Source of the DNA: Cetobacterium sp. SF1
Lineage (GTDB): Bacteria > Fusobacteriota > Fusobacteriia > Fusobacteriales > Fusobacteriaceae
Assembly: GCF_050033475.1 (NCBI RefSeq)
Contig: NZ_CP188322.1
Span: 101,953-125,952, forward strand
DNA: 24,000 nt
Direction of reading: 5' to 3'
Positions 1-13,347 of this stretch are shown here, piece by piece (position 1 is the stretch's first letter; every line of letters begins with the position of its first letter). A program made the position numbers and the translations under genes. The notes beneath the pieces were generated by a model. That model had not been told where the DNA came from. It worked only from the letters and a program-made list of their open reading frames with translations, and did not search any database.

Positions 1-1
1 A

Positions 2-577
2 GAACGTACGAAAAGTTCAGCCATTTATACTAAAAAACAAAAAGCAACAAAAATTAGAAGTTATTTTTTAAAAACATTAGAAAATAATTGGGATAAAGAT
101 ACAGAAATTAATTTTATAAAACAACAAAAATTAGAAATAGTAGAAAATAATGAAGATATTATAGAAAAAGATAAGTTATATGAAGAGTTTTTAAATTTAA
201 ATATTATAGAACAAGAAGAAATTGAAAATAAAGTTTACGATAATTATATAGGTAAATGTGGTATGGAAGGAAAAGCTCAGAAGATTGCTTTTAAGGCAGG
301 AAAAAGTTCTTTAATTAAAGATTATTTATATGAAAATAAAGATATTTTAAATAAAAATAATATAGAAAAAATTGATATTAATTTTGATTTAATTAGAAAA
401 AAAATTGATGAGCAGTTAAATTTTTATTTTAAATTTTTAAAATTTACAGATAAAGAAATTCTAGATATAGAATTAGAAGTAGGAAGAATTACATTTGAAA
501 AATATTCAACAGGAAATTTCCAAGAAAAAGAAATAAGTGAAATAATAAAAACTGCAATAAAAAATATTAAAAATTAA
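2..577 (+). CDS. Hypothetical protein, 5'-truncated by window edge (K/E/N-rich C-terminal part)
   Basis: The reading frame of ORF 263..577 stays open back to position 2, with no stop (ERTKSSAIYTKKQK...). The listed ATG at 263 is therefore probably internal. I recognise no family motif. Confidence 0.45.
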   Translation, partial: ERTKSSAIYTKKQKATKIRSYFLKTLENNWDKDTEINFIKQQKLEIVENNEDIIEKDKLYEEFLNLNIIEQEEIENKVYDNYIGKCGMEGKAQKIAFKAGKSSLIKDYLYENKDILNKNNIEKIDINFDLIRKKIDEQLNFYFKFLKFTDKEILDIELEVGRITFEKYSTGNFQEKEISEIIKTAIKNIKN

Positions 578-672
578 AAAGTGCACAAAAAAGTATATTC
601 CTTTTTTATTTCAAATTTGGTACACTTGAACTGTCTTAAAAATTAACATTATTGGAGAGAGGGAGAAAATCT

Positions 673-1635
673 ATGAAAAAGTTAAGTTTAATGATAGGTG
701 CAATATTATTAGGAACAACAGCTTTTGGTGCTCAACTACAATTAAACGCAGGAGTTGAACCTTGGAGACAGGTTGGGAATACTAAATATGATACAGGATA
801 TAGCCTAGGTGCAGAAGTATTATTTAATGCTGAAAACCATCCATTTGATTATGGAATAGGTACTGAATGGAAAAGTAACTTCAAAGGTGGAGATTCAAAT
901 TCTACTGATGAAATTAAAGATATAGTTCCAATATATTTAACAGGAAAATATCATTTTATGAATGATGCTTTCTATGGTGTAGGAAGAGCAGGATGGTCAT
1001 TTGTTGGAAAAAATAGAACAGATGATGGAATGTATTTAGGTGCAGGTCTTGGAAAAGATTTTGGTCCATTAACAGTTGAAACATTATATGAAACAATAGA
1101 TTTACAAGGAAAATCTAAATTATATGATGGAAATAATGCAGGAATGGTTTCTATAAAAGTAGGATACATTTTTGGAGAAAATACAAGAGTAAAATTAGCT
1201 AAAGAAGCAGCTATGCAAGCAGAAATTGCTAAACAAGAATATATTAAACAACAAAAAGCGGAAGCAGAAGCAGCTTTATTAAACAAATTAGAAACTAAAG
1301 TAGTTGTAGAAGATAATTATAAAGTAAATCAATTAGAAGCAGAAAATTTAGATATGAATAAAATAGATTTCTTAGTAGCTAATGTAGAAAATAGACAAGG
1401 AACTATTTATGTAGATGGATATACTGACAATAGAGGAAGTAAAAAAGTTAATGATAAACTTTCTTTAGAAAGAGCTGAAAAAGTAGCTAAAGTAATAGAA
1501 GGTAAATTAACAACTGAAAATGTTGCAGTAAAAGCTGAAGGAAAAGGTGCAACTAATTTCTTAAATAATAATGCTACAAAAGAAGAAAGAGCTTTAAATA
1601 GAAGAGTAGAAGTATACTTTCAAGGAAATAATTAA
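673..1635 (+). CDS. OmpA-family outer membrane protein: N-terminal beta-barrel-like region, A/E/K coiled linker, C-terminal OmpA peptidoglycan-binding domain
   Basis: ATG at 673 follows the RBS GAGAGGGAG; the track's TTG at 652 lies inside that RBS. Signal peptide MKKLSLMIGAILLGTTAFG|AQ. The N-terminal half has alternating aromatic/Gly strands. The C-terminus has the OmpA_C hallmarks: GYTDNRGS..N..LS..RA..V and ALNRRVEV. Confidence 0.85.
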   Translation: MKKLSLMIGAILLGTTAFGAQLQLNAGVEPWRQVGNTKYDTGYSLGAEVLFNAENHPFDYGIGTEWKSNFKGGDSNSTDEIKDIVPIYLTGKYHFMNDAFYGVGRAGWSFVGKNRTDDGMYLGAGLGKDFGPLTVETLYETIDLQGKSKLYDGNNAGMVSIKVGYIFGENTRVKLAKEAAMQAEIAKQEYIKQQKAEAEAALLNKLETKVVVEDNYKVNQLEAENLDMNKIDFLVANVENRQGTIYVDGYTDNRGSKKVNDKLSLERAEKVAKVIEGKLTTENVAVKAEGKGATNFLNNNATKEERALNRRVEVYFQGNN

Positions 1636-1658
1636 TTAAATATAGTGTTATAAATTAG

Positions 1659-1690
1659 AACTCCATCTAAGGTTTAGATGGAGTTTTTAT
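1659..1690 (+). terminator. Rho-independent terminator after the ompA-family gene
   Basis: Perfect 12-bp stem AACTCCATCTAA / TTAGATGGAGTT with a 3-nt loop, followed by TTTTTAT. Confidence 0.85.
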
Positions 1691-1691
1691 A

Positions 1692-1720
1692 TTGCTGTAA
1701 GAAAAATATAATGATATACT
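1692..1720 (+). promoter_or_regulatory. Candidate sigma70-type promoter for the ccdA cluster
   Basis: TTGCTG, 17-nt spacer, TATACT, about 30 nt upstream of the ccdA start. AT-rich background makes chance matches common. Confidence 0.35.
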
Positions 1721-1748
1721 AAAAGAAATAATAATAATGAGGTGATTT

Positions 1749-2420
1749 ATGGAAAATTTAACATATTATATGGTTATATTTTTTGGAATAGCATCTGTAT
1801 TTTCACCCTGTATTTTACCATTACTTCCAATTTATTTAGGAATAGTGACTAGAAAAAATAGAAATATGTACATAGCTGTATTAAGTTTAGTATTAGGATT
1901 TATTATATCTTTTTTTATTTTACAAATTTTAATTTTTAATTTTACAAATGTCTTTAGTCAGATTATTGGAAATAGTTTTTTTAATAGAATATTAGGATTA
2001 ATAATAATTATATTTGGACTAAAAATGCTAGGAATTATAAAAATAAAATATTTTGAATCTGAAAAAAAATTTTATTTATCAGATAAGTATGATAAAGGTG
2101 GATATTTATTTCCAATTTTTTTAGGAGTAACTTTGGGTTTGGGATGGACTCCTTGCTCAGGTCCAATAATATTTACAGTTTTAACATATGCAAGTACAAC
2201 AAAGAACTTTATAGAAGCAATTTATTTGATTGTACTCTATTCTATAGGTTTTATGATTCCTTTTATGATCTTAACGTATTTTATGAATAAATGGAAAAAA
2301 CATATTCAAAGTTTAAAAAAATATCATAAGTTGATAGAAAATATAACAGGAATTCTAATTTGTATTATTGGAATTTTATTATTTTTTAATAAATTAACAT
2401 TTTTATATATAAATATTTAA
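1749..2420 (+). CDS. ccdA: CcdA/DsbD-family thiol-disulfide electron-transfer membrane protein (cytochrome c biogenesis protein transmembrane region)
   Basis: Polytopic membrane protein with the two conserved Cys motifs of the family: SPCILPLLPIY near the N-terminus and GWTPCSGPI mid-protein. RBS GAGGTGA upstream. Confidence 0.85.
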   Translation: MENLTYYMVIFFGIASVFSPCILPLLPIYLGIVTRKNRNMYIAVLSLVLGFIISFFILQILIFNFTNVFSQIIGNSFFNRILGLIIIIFGLKMLGIIKIKYFESEKKFYLSDKYDKGGYLFPIFLGVTLGLGWTPCSGPIIFTVLTYASTTKNFIEAIYLIVLYSIGFMIPFMILTYFMNKWKKHIQSLKKYHKLIENITGILICIIGILLFFNKLTFLYINI

Positions 2421-2426
2421 TGGAGA

Positions 2427-2768
2427 GTGAGAAAAATTATAGTTCAGATTTTTGGGAAAAAAAATTGTTCTGATACAAGAAAAGCAGAAAGATTTTTTAA
2501 AGAAAGAGGAATAAAATATCAATTTATAAATATTCTTGAAAAAAGTCCTTCTAAAAGAGAAGTTGAAAATTTTTTAAAAATATATAGTGAAGAAGATTTA
2601 ATTGATGTTAATGGAAAGGAATATACAAAAAGAAATTTACAGTATATTGTATATGAACCATTAAAATTATTGGAAGAAACACCTATTTTATATAGAACAC
2701 CTATTATTAGAAAAGATAATAAAGTATTTATAGGTAGTGATATAGAAGAATTAAAAAAATTTATATAG
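2427..2768 (+). CDS. ArsC/Spx-family thioredoxin-fold protein, YffB-like subgroup
   Basis: N-terminus IFGKKNCSDTRKAERFFKERGIKYQF matches the ArsC/YffB pattern (G.KNC.T.KA..w......y...d). GTG start 6 nt after the ccdA stop, with a very short SD spacing, suggests translational coupling. Confidence 0.75.
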   Translation: MRKIIVQIFGKKNCSDTRKAERFFKERGIKYQFINILEKSPSKREVENFLKIYSEEDLIDVNGKEYTKRNLQYIVYEPLKLLEETPILYRTPIIRKDNKVFIGSDIEELKKFI

Positions 2769-2783
2769 AATTAAGGAGAAATT

Positions 2784-3167
2784 ATGTATAGTGTAAGTTT
2801 TAAATTATTAGAAAAAATAATAGAAGGATATTTAAAAATAGCTAAAAAATTATCAGGAGAATTAGTAATTTTAAATAAAAAAGATGATGAAGCTGATGAA
2901 TATATTATATCGAATATTAATGATTTGAAGTTTTTAAAAATTTCAAAAGGAGATATGATAGAATTAACTATTTATGTAGATGATGAAGATGAATATTTTG
3001 AAGAGTTTGTAATAGGAGAAATAAAAAATATTGAAAAATTAGAAAAAAATATTTTATCAAAATTACCAAATAAAATTGACATAAATTCATTTAAAGCAGA
3101 AATAAAAGAACAGAAAATTTCAGTAGAAAATAATCATTTCTCAAAATATATGAAAAAAAATAAATAA
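2784..3167 (+). CDS. Hypothetical acidic protein (127 aa), third gene of the ccdA cluster
   Basis: Strong RBS AAGGAGA 5 nt before the ATG and a 15-nt gap after the preceding gene. D/E-rich centre (YVDDEDEYFEEF). I recognise no family. Confidence 0.6.
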   Translation: MYSVSFKLLEKIIEGYLKIAKKLSGELVILNKKDDEADEYIISNINDLKFLKISKGDMIELTIYVDDEDEYFEEFVIGEIKNIEKLEKNILSKLPNKIDINSFKAEIKEQKISVENNHFSKYMKKNK

Positions 3168-3169
3168 TA

Positions 3170-3198
3170 TTGAAAATATATTGATTTAGGATTAGAAT
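3170..3198 (+). promoter_or_regulatory. Candidate sigma70-type promoter for the EamA transporter gene
   Basis: TTGAAA, 17-nt spacer, TAGAAT, about 35 nt upstream of the ATG at 3233. Confidence 0.4.
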
Positions 3199-3232
3199 AG
3201 CTTTAGTCAAATATATTAGGGGTGTGAACTAA

Positions 3233-4114
3233 ATGTTATTAAGAAATGGATATTTTTGTGCTGTAATGGCAGGATTGATATGGGGGCTTATTGGAATTTC
3301 AACTTTAAATTTAAGTGATTTAGGTATGAATACTTATGAGATTTCTTTTTTAAGAGTTTTATATGCATTTATTTTAGGAATGATTTATTTACATTTTTCA
3401 GATAAGGAAAAAAGAACAACTTTTAAAGCAGTTCCTAAAAATATTTGGAAATATATAATATTAACTGGGATTGTTTGCCAAGGATTATTAAATATATTTT
3501 TTTCAATAGCAGTTATAAAAACTGGAACTATAACAGGAATTATGTTAATGGATGTAGGACCTTTATTTACAATAATTATGTGTAGAATCTTTTTCAAAGA
3601 ACATATTAGTTTTATAAAAATGCTGTCTTTAATGATGGCGTTTTTAGGAGCGGTATTATTAATAACAAATGGTGAATTAAGTCAGTTGAATTTTAATTAT
3701 ACAGGAGTAGCCTTTGGTTTATTAGGCGGAGCATGTTATGGATTTTATCCAATTATTAATAAAAAAGCTTCAGATAGTTTTGATCCTGTTAGATTAACTA
3801 TATATAGTTTTGGAATAGCAACTATTTTTTTAATGTTTTTTCTAAATAAAAATTCATGGGAAATTATGTTTACAAGTAAAGCTATAATAGGTGGAATTTT
3901 TTATGGATTAGTTCCAACTTTAATAGCCTATATATTTTATTCAAGATCAATGATTTTTATATCTCCTTCAACAGCAAGTATAATTTCTTTGTTAGAAGTT
4001 CCTGCAACAACGATTGTTGGAATATTTTTGCTTCATGAACCTGTTGGAATTTTTAAAATATTAGGCATGATTATAGTTTTATCTGGAATGTTATTATCTA
4101 AAGTAAAAAACTAG
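3233..4114 (+). CDS. EamA/DMT-superfamily transporter
   Basis: 293 aa with about 10 hydrophobic segments arranged as two EamA-like halves. The N-terminus (AVMAGLIWGLIG) and overall layout are typical of the family. Confidence 0.8.
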   Translation: MLLRNGYFCAVMAGLIWGLIGISTLNLSDLGMNTYEISFLRVLYAFILGMIYLHFSDKEKRTTFKAVPKNIWKYIILTGIVCQGLLNIFFSIAVIKTGTITGIMLMDVGPLFTIIMCRIFFKEHISFIKMLSLMMAFLGAVLLITNGELSQLNFNYTGVAFGLLGGACYGFYPIINKKASDSFDPVRLTIYSFGIATIFLMFFLNKNSWEIMFTSKAIIGGIFYGLVPTLIAYIFYSRSMIFISPSTASIISLLEVPATTIVGIFLLHEPVGIFKILGMIIVLSGMLLSKVKN

Positions 4115-4135
4115 AGAGATTCTCTCTAGTTTTTC
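4104..4135. terminator. Bidirectional hairpin terminator between convergent genes
   Basis: AAAAAACTAGAGAGA-T-TCTCTCTAGTTTTT. The stem embeds the stop codons of both convergent genes, with an A-tract on one side and a T-tract on the other. Confidence 0.7.
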
Positions 4136-4425
4136 ATTTCTTTATTAGAATAACTTAAAGTATAATAGTTCGTTAAATCTAAATCTTCATATATTATTTT
4201 TTCAATTTTTTGTTCAATATCTTCTTGGGTATATTCATTTTCGGTGACAAAGTCTAAAATACATGTAACTTTGTCTTTCATAAGAGAGGTATTTATTTCA
4301 AATTTTGTTTCAGAATTAAAATTGTTTTTAAAAGCTTCTGTGATATCATCAAGAGAAGTTGTATCTTGATAATTTTTAAAAGAAACTTTAATAAGATATT
4401 TTAAAGATTTACTATTGAAATTCAT
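4126..4425 (-). CDS. Hypothetical protein (99 aa)
   Basis: Strong RBS AAGGAGG 5-6 nt upstream of the ATG, and its own terminator. No recognisable motif. Confidence 0.6.
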   Translation of the reverse strand: MNFNSKSLKYLIKVSFKNYQDTTSLDDITEAFKNNFNSETKFEINTSLMKDKVTCILDFVTENEYTQEDIEQKIEKIIYEDLDLTNYYTLSYSNKEMKN

Positions 4426-4493
4426 AAAAACCTCCTTATAAAATTTAGCTAAAAGCTATTACTAAATATATACTCTATTAAATAGAAAAAGTA

Positions 4494-4534
4494 AATAAAA
4501 AAGATAATTTCTTACGAAGAAATTATCTTTTTTA
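4494..4534 (-). terminator. Rho-independent terminator after the ebg-operon permease
   Basis: Perfect 13-bp stem AAGATAATTTCTT / AAGAAATTATCTT with loop ACG, flanked by A and T tracts. It lies immediately 3' of the minus-strand gene ending at 4537. Confidence 0.85.
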
Positions 4535-4536
4535 GT

Positions 4537-6409
<1,873 letters not shown>

Positions 6410-6419
6410 TTTAATCCTC

Positions 6420-9461
<3,042 letters not shown>

Positions 9462-9546
9462 TTAATATACTCACCCGCCTAATTTAATACTTAATATACG
9501 TTTTCGATATAAAGAATATACTACAACGAATTAATTAAGTCAATAA

Positions 9547-9569
9547 TTTTAGTAAAAATTTTACTAAAA
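9547..9569. promoter_or_regulatory. 23-bp perfect palindrome in the divergent ebgA/regulator control region (candidate operator)
   Basis: TTTTAGTAAAA-A-TTTTACTAAAA, with 11-nt arms and no mismatch. The half-site TAGTAAAAAT recurs at 9601..9610. Confidence 0.35.
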
Positions 9570-9595
9570 AAATAAAAATAACAAATAAATTGTAA

Positions 9596-10618
<1,023 letters not shown>

Positions 10619-10643
10619 AATAATTTTGGAGGGAAGAGAAGTT

Positions 10644-11402
10644 ATGAAAAAAACAACGATTCTATCTTTAGTTAATCAAAAAGGTGGAGTTGCTAAAACA
10701 ACATCAACAATAAATTTAGCTGCAGCACTGTCAAAATTAGGAAAAAAAGTTTTAGTTATTGATTTAGATCCTCAGGGAAATTGTACAGTAGGTTCAGGTA
10801 TAGATTTAACAAATTTAAAATACGGAACTTATAATTTATTATTAGAGAATACACCAGCAGAAGATTGTATCATAAAAAGAGATTCATATGATATTATAGG
10901 AACGGATATAAAACTTGCAGGAGCAGAATTAATAATAATTTCCAAAATAGCTAGAGAAAGTTTATTAAAACATAAGTTAGATAAATTAACAGGTTATGAT
11001 TTTATTTTAATAGATTGTCCTCCAAGTTTATCATTGTTAACAGTAAATGCATTAACTGCATCAACATCTGCCTATGTTCCTGTTTCAGCTTCAGTTTTTG
11101 CTGTAGGTGGAATAACTCAATTATCAGATACAATAGATTCGATAAAAATATTAAATAAAGATTTAGAAATTAAAGGTGTATTTTTAACAAGATTTGATAA
11201 AAGAGAAAAATTTAATTATATGGTTGAAGATGCTTTGTTACAAATGTTTGAAGAAAAACTTTTAAAAACAAAAATAAGAGTTTGTGCAGATATAAATAAA
11301 TCTCAAGTTCAAGGGGTAGATATTTTTACTCATAATCCAAAAGCTAGATCAGCAGAAGATTATATGCAATTGGCACAGGAGGTTATAGAACTTGAAAAAT
11401 AA
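10644..11402 (+). CDS. parA: ParA/Soj-type (MinD/ParA-family) ATPase
   Basis: The ATG at 10644 follows GGAGGGAAG. Deviant Walker A is NQKGGVAKTT, with the signature Lys present. Also present are VLVIDLDPQGN, the Walker B-like FILIDCPPSL, and a Soj-like C-terminus (NPKARSAEDYMQLAQEV). It starts only 25 nt after the LacI-family stop, with no terminator between. Confidence 0.9.
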   Translation: MKKTTILSLVNQKGGVAKTTSTINLAAALSKLGKKVLVIDLDPQGNCTVGSGIDLTNLKYGTYNLLLENTPAEDCIIKRDSYDIIGTDIKLAGAELIIISKIARESLLKHKLDKLTGYDFILIDCPPSLSLLTVNALTASTSAYVPVSASVFAVGGITQLSDTIDSIKILNKDLEIKGVFLTRFDKREKFNYMVEDALLQMFEEKLLKTKIRVCADINKSQVQGVDIFTHNPKARSAEDYMQLAQEVIELEK

Positions 11403-12087
11403 TTTGTTAGGGTCTTTGGTGAGTAAAGCTAAGGAAAAGAAAGAAAATATAGCATTACAAACAGGATTAATTCGTGAGGAATATAAACCAACAATAGATT
11501 ATGATTTATTAGAAATTAATTCTTCCGAAAAGGAATTATTAATAGAATATGAAAAAAAATTATCTCACCATATAAGTGAAATGAGAAAAAATATTTTTGA
11601 TATTTCAGAAGCATTATTTTTAGCTCAAAAAAGTTTATCAAATCATCATGATGGGACTTTTTGTAAATGGTATGAGATGTTAGGTTTAAAGAAAGATTTT
11701 GTTTATATGTGTTTAAAGAGATACAATTTATATTTGGAATATAAATTAGAAAAAGTATTTAATCTTCCTGATAGATCTATAAAAGATATCTCAAAATTAA
11801 AATCCTTAGTTTCAGAAGAGAAAATAATTACTTTATTAAATAGTTCAAAAATTTCTGAAGAATTAAAAGAATTGAAAAAAGAGTTTTCGGTCAGACCGAA
11901 AACTGAAAAAAAATCAAACTTATCAATTTGGATAAATAAAAAAACTAAAAATTCTATAGAGTTTATAACAGAAGGTATTTTTTTACCAAAAAATAACTTA
12001 ATTGAAGATATGATTGTTTATAGTGAGAATGGTAAAGTTTATATAAAAATAAAAGAAGAGTTTTTATGTGAATATGAAAAAAAATAA
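11392..12087 (+). CDS. Uncharacterised K/E-rich protein, translationally coupled to parA; possible DUF3102-like helical/HTH core; no ParB GxRR box visible
   Basis: The TTG start lies 9 nt after a strong AGGAGG and overlaps the parA end by 11 nt. The core ISEALFLAQKSLSNHHDGTFCKWYEMLGLKKDFVYMCLKRY resembles, from memory, the DUF3102 pattern (iGe.L..aK......G.w..Wle.....s...a...M). This needs an HMM check. Confidence 0.6.
   Translation: MKNNLLGSLVSKAKEKKENIALQTGLIREEYKPTIDYDLLEINSSEKELLIEYEKKLSHHISEMRKNIFDISEALFLAQKSLSNHHDGTFCKWYEMLGLKKDFVYMCLKRYNLYLEYKLEKVFNLPDRSIKDISKLKSLVSEEKIITLLNSSKISEELKELKKEFSVRPKTEKKSNLSIWINKKTKNSIEFITEGIFLPKNNLIEDMIVYSENGKVYIKIKEEFLCEYEKK
11882..11904. repeat. GC-rich 23-bp perfect inverted repeat inside the parA-partner gene (candidate centromere/parS-like site or RNA hairpin)
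   Basis: AGTTTTCGGTC-A-GACCGAAAACT. It is encoded by codons TCG GTC AGA CCG, which are atypical for this A/T3-biased genome. Confidence 0.6.
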
Positions 12088-12126
12088 AAATCCCCAAATC
12101 TAATAAATAGATTTGGGGTATTTTTA
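12086..12126. terminator. Bidirectional rho-independent terminator between the parA module and yjdM
   Basis: Stem CCCCAAATCTA / TAGATTTGGGG with loop ATAAA, an A-tract before and TATTTTTA after. Confidence 0.9.
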
Positions 12127-12465
12127 TGATTTCTTTACAAATTCAGATTTTAATTTCATAGCTCCAATTCCATCAATTTTACAATCGATATCATGGTCAC
12201 CATCAATTAAACGAATATTTTTAACTTTAGTCCCTTGTTTTACAACTAATGAACTTCCTTTAATTTTTAAATCTTTAATAACAACAACAGTATCACCATC
12301 AACAAGAATACTTCCATTAGCATCTTTGTAAACTTTCTCTTCAGATTCTTGATCATCAGTTGCTGTTAAAGACCACTCGTGAAAACATTCAGGACAAACT
12401 AAAATTTCTCCATCTTCGTATGTATATTCAGAATTACATTTTGGGCAATTAGGTAATTTTATCAT
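12124..12465 (-). CDS. yjdM: Zinc-ribbon protein YjdM (PhnA family)
   Basis: 113 aa. The N-terminal 4-Cys zinc ribbon is [21 protein letters not shown]. The C-terminal PhnA-type SH3-like region is [23 protein letters not shown]. Confidence 0.9.
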   Translation of the reverse strand: MIKLPNCPKCNSEYTYEDGEILVCPECFHEWSLTATDDQESEEKVYKDANGSILVDGDTVVVIKDLKIKGSSLVVKQGTKVKNIRLIDGDHDIDCKIDGIGAMKLKSEFVKKS

Positions 12466-12552
12466 ATTTTTATAATTTCTCCATTTCTTAAATAAATTTT
12501 AATAGTTTTTATATTATAAAATAATTTCGAAATTTTGTCAAATGGAGTAACT

Positions 12553-13278
12553 TTATAATGATTTTATAAATATATATTTATTTTCTGAAGAAAGTTCTTG
12601 AGAGAAAATATAATTATTATCTTTGAAATTTTTAATTTTAGAAATATCTTCTATTTTATTTAAAATAAAATAGTCTAACATTTTCCCACGCATTTTTTTG
12701 GCTTCATTACTATTTATTTTTAAATTATTATTTTCTAAAATAAAAAAATCAATATCGACTACAGAAAATTTCTTTCGGTCGATAATTTTTGAAAATTCTT
12801 TAGAGGCAAGATTTATAATTAGTTCTTTTTCTTGGAAAAAATTATTTATATTTTCTTTCCAAAAATTATAAAGGGAAGTTTCCATAATTTTCATAGTCAT
12901 ATCTAATCTATAGGGCTTAATAAGAGTCATAGGAGTTAGAACACCATAAAAAGCAGATAAAATTCGACAATATTTATTAGCATATATTATATTTTCTGTG
13001 GAATATTTTTCTAATGATAAATTAGAAAAACTAACACCATCATAAAGAAATAAAGCTGGATGAGATTTTAAATTATTGTAATTAGAAATATTATTGATAG
13101 TTTCTGTTAAAAGTTTATCTTTAATTTTCATTATTTTACTTAAATCTTCAGATGATAAATTTTTAAGAATATTATTTAATAAATCGGATTCTTTTTTAAA
13201 ATGAATTATGTCATTAGAAAAAGAAATACTTATATTTTTATAATTCATACCTTTACTTGGAGAAAAAATAATTTTCAT
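12553..13278 (-). CDS. yaaA: YaaA-family peroxide stress protein (DUF328)
   Basis: The true start is MKIIFSPSKGM at 13278, with RBS GTGAGGTG. The track's 19-aa extension would run through the upstream terminator hairpin. The SP.K.M N-terminus and LYDGV motif are typical of YaaA. Confidence 0.85.
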   Translation of the reverse strand: MKIIFSPSKGMNYKNISISFSNDIIHFKKESDLLNNILKNLSSEDLSKIMKIKDKLLTETINNISNYNNLKSHPALFLYDGVSFSNLSLEKYSTENIIYANKYCRILSAFYGVLTPMTLIKPYRLDMTMKIMETSLYNFWKENINNFFQEKELIINLASKEFSKIIDRKKFSVVDIDFFILENNNLKINSNEAKKMRGKMLDYFILNKIEDISKIKNFKDNNYIFSQELSSENKYIFIKSL

Positions 13279-13299
13279 AATACACCTCACTAAAAATTT

Positions 13300-13341
13300 A
13301 ATAAAAAAACAGTTGATACATAGATAGTATATCAACTGTTT
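13300..13341 (-). terminator. Rho-independent terminator after the second APC permease
   Basis: Stem ACAGTTGATA / TATCAACTGT with an 11-nt loop, and a TTTTTTTATT tract on the minus strand. It lies only about 20 nt upstream of the yaaA start. Confidence 0.75.
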
Positions 13342-13347
13342 GTAAAT

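Noticed and set aside
972-1286. Antisense or nested ORFs from the six-frame track: 972..1286(-), 3385..3597(-), 7718..7930(-), 12113..12331(+), 13721..13936(+), 14291..14476(+), 16150..16392(-), 18799..19005(-), 19445..19696(+), 21298..21573(-), 22573..22818(-).
   Set aside because: Each lies entirely inside a longer, family-recognisable gene on the opposite strand. They have low-complexity or codon-mirror compositions and no convincing RBS. I treat them as shadow ORFs typical of AT-rich DNA.
10644-12087. Interpreting the ParA module as evidence of an integrated plasmid, prophage or ICE.
   Set aside because: There is no integrase, recombinase, relaxase or replication gene in the window, no flanking direct repeats and no tRNA. 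The flanking genes are ordinary metabolic genes, and the composition does not visibly differ by eye. The idea cannot be excluded without whole-genome comparison, so it is mentioned only as an alternative.
12523-12534. 12-bp palindrome AATTTCGAAATT between yaaA and yjdM, considered as an operator or terminator.
   Set aside because: It is short and almost pure A/T. It is too weak to form a terminator stem, and palindromes of this size are expected by chance in this composition.
12773-12780. A second copy of the palindrome half-site (TTTCGGTC) inside yaaA, considered as a possible second parS-like site.
   Set aside because: It is only a 7-8-nt match with no partner arm. My back-of-envelope expectation for such a match on either strand of 24 kb at this composition is of order one, so it is consistent with chance.
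13279-13335. N-terminal extensions proposed by the ORF track for yaaA (13335). The same problem applies to ompA (652), the LacI-family gene (9611), parA (10626) and the channel (20325).
   Set aside because: The extensions overlap a terminator hairpin or the gene's own Shine-Dalgarno sequence. Family-typical N-termini begin at the internal ATGs (MKIIFSPSK, MKKLSLM signal peptide, [31 protein letters not shown]).
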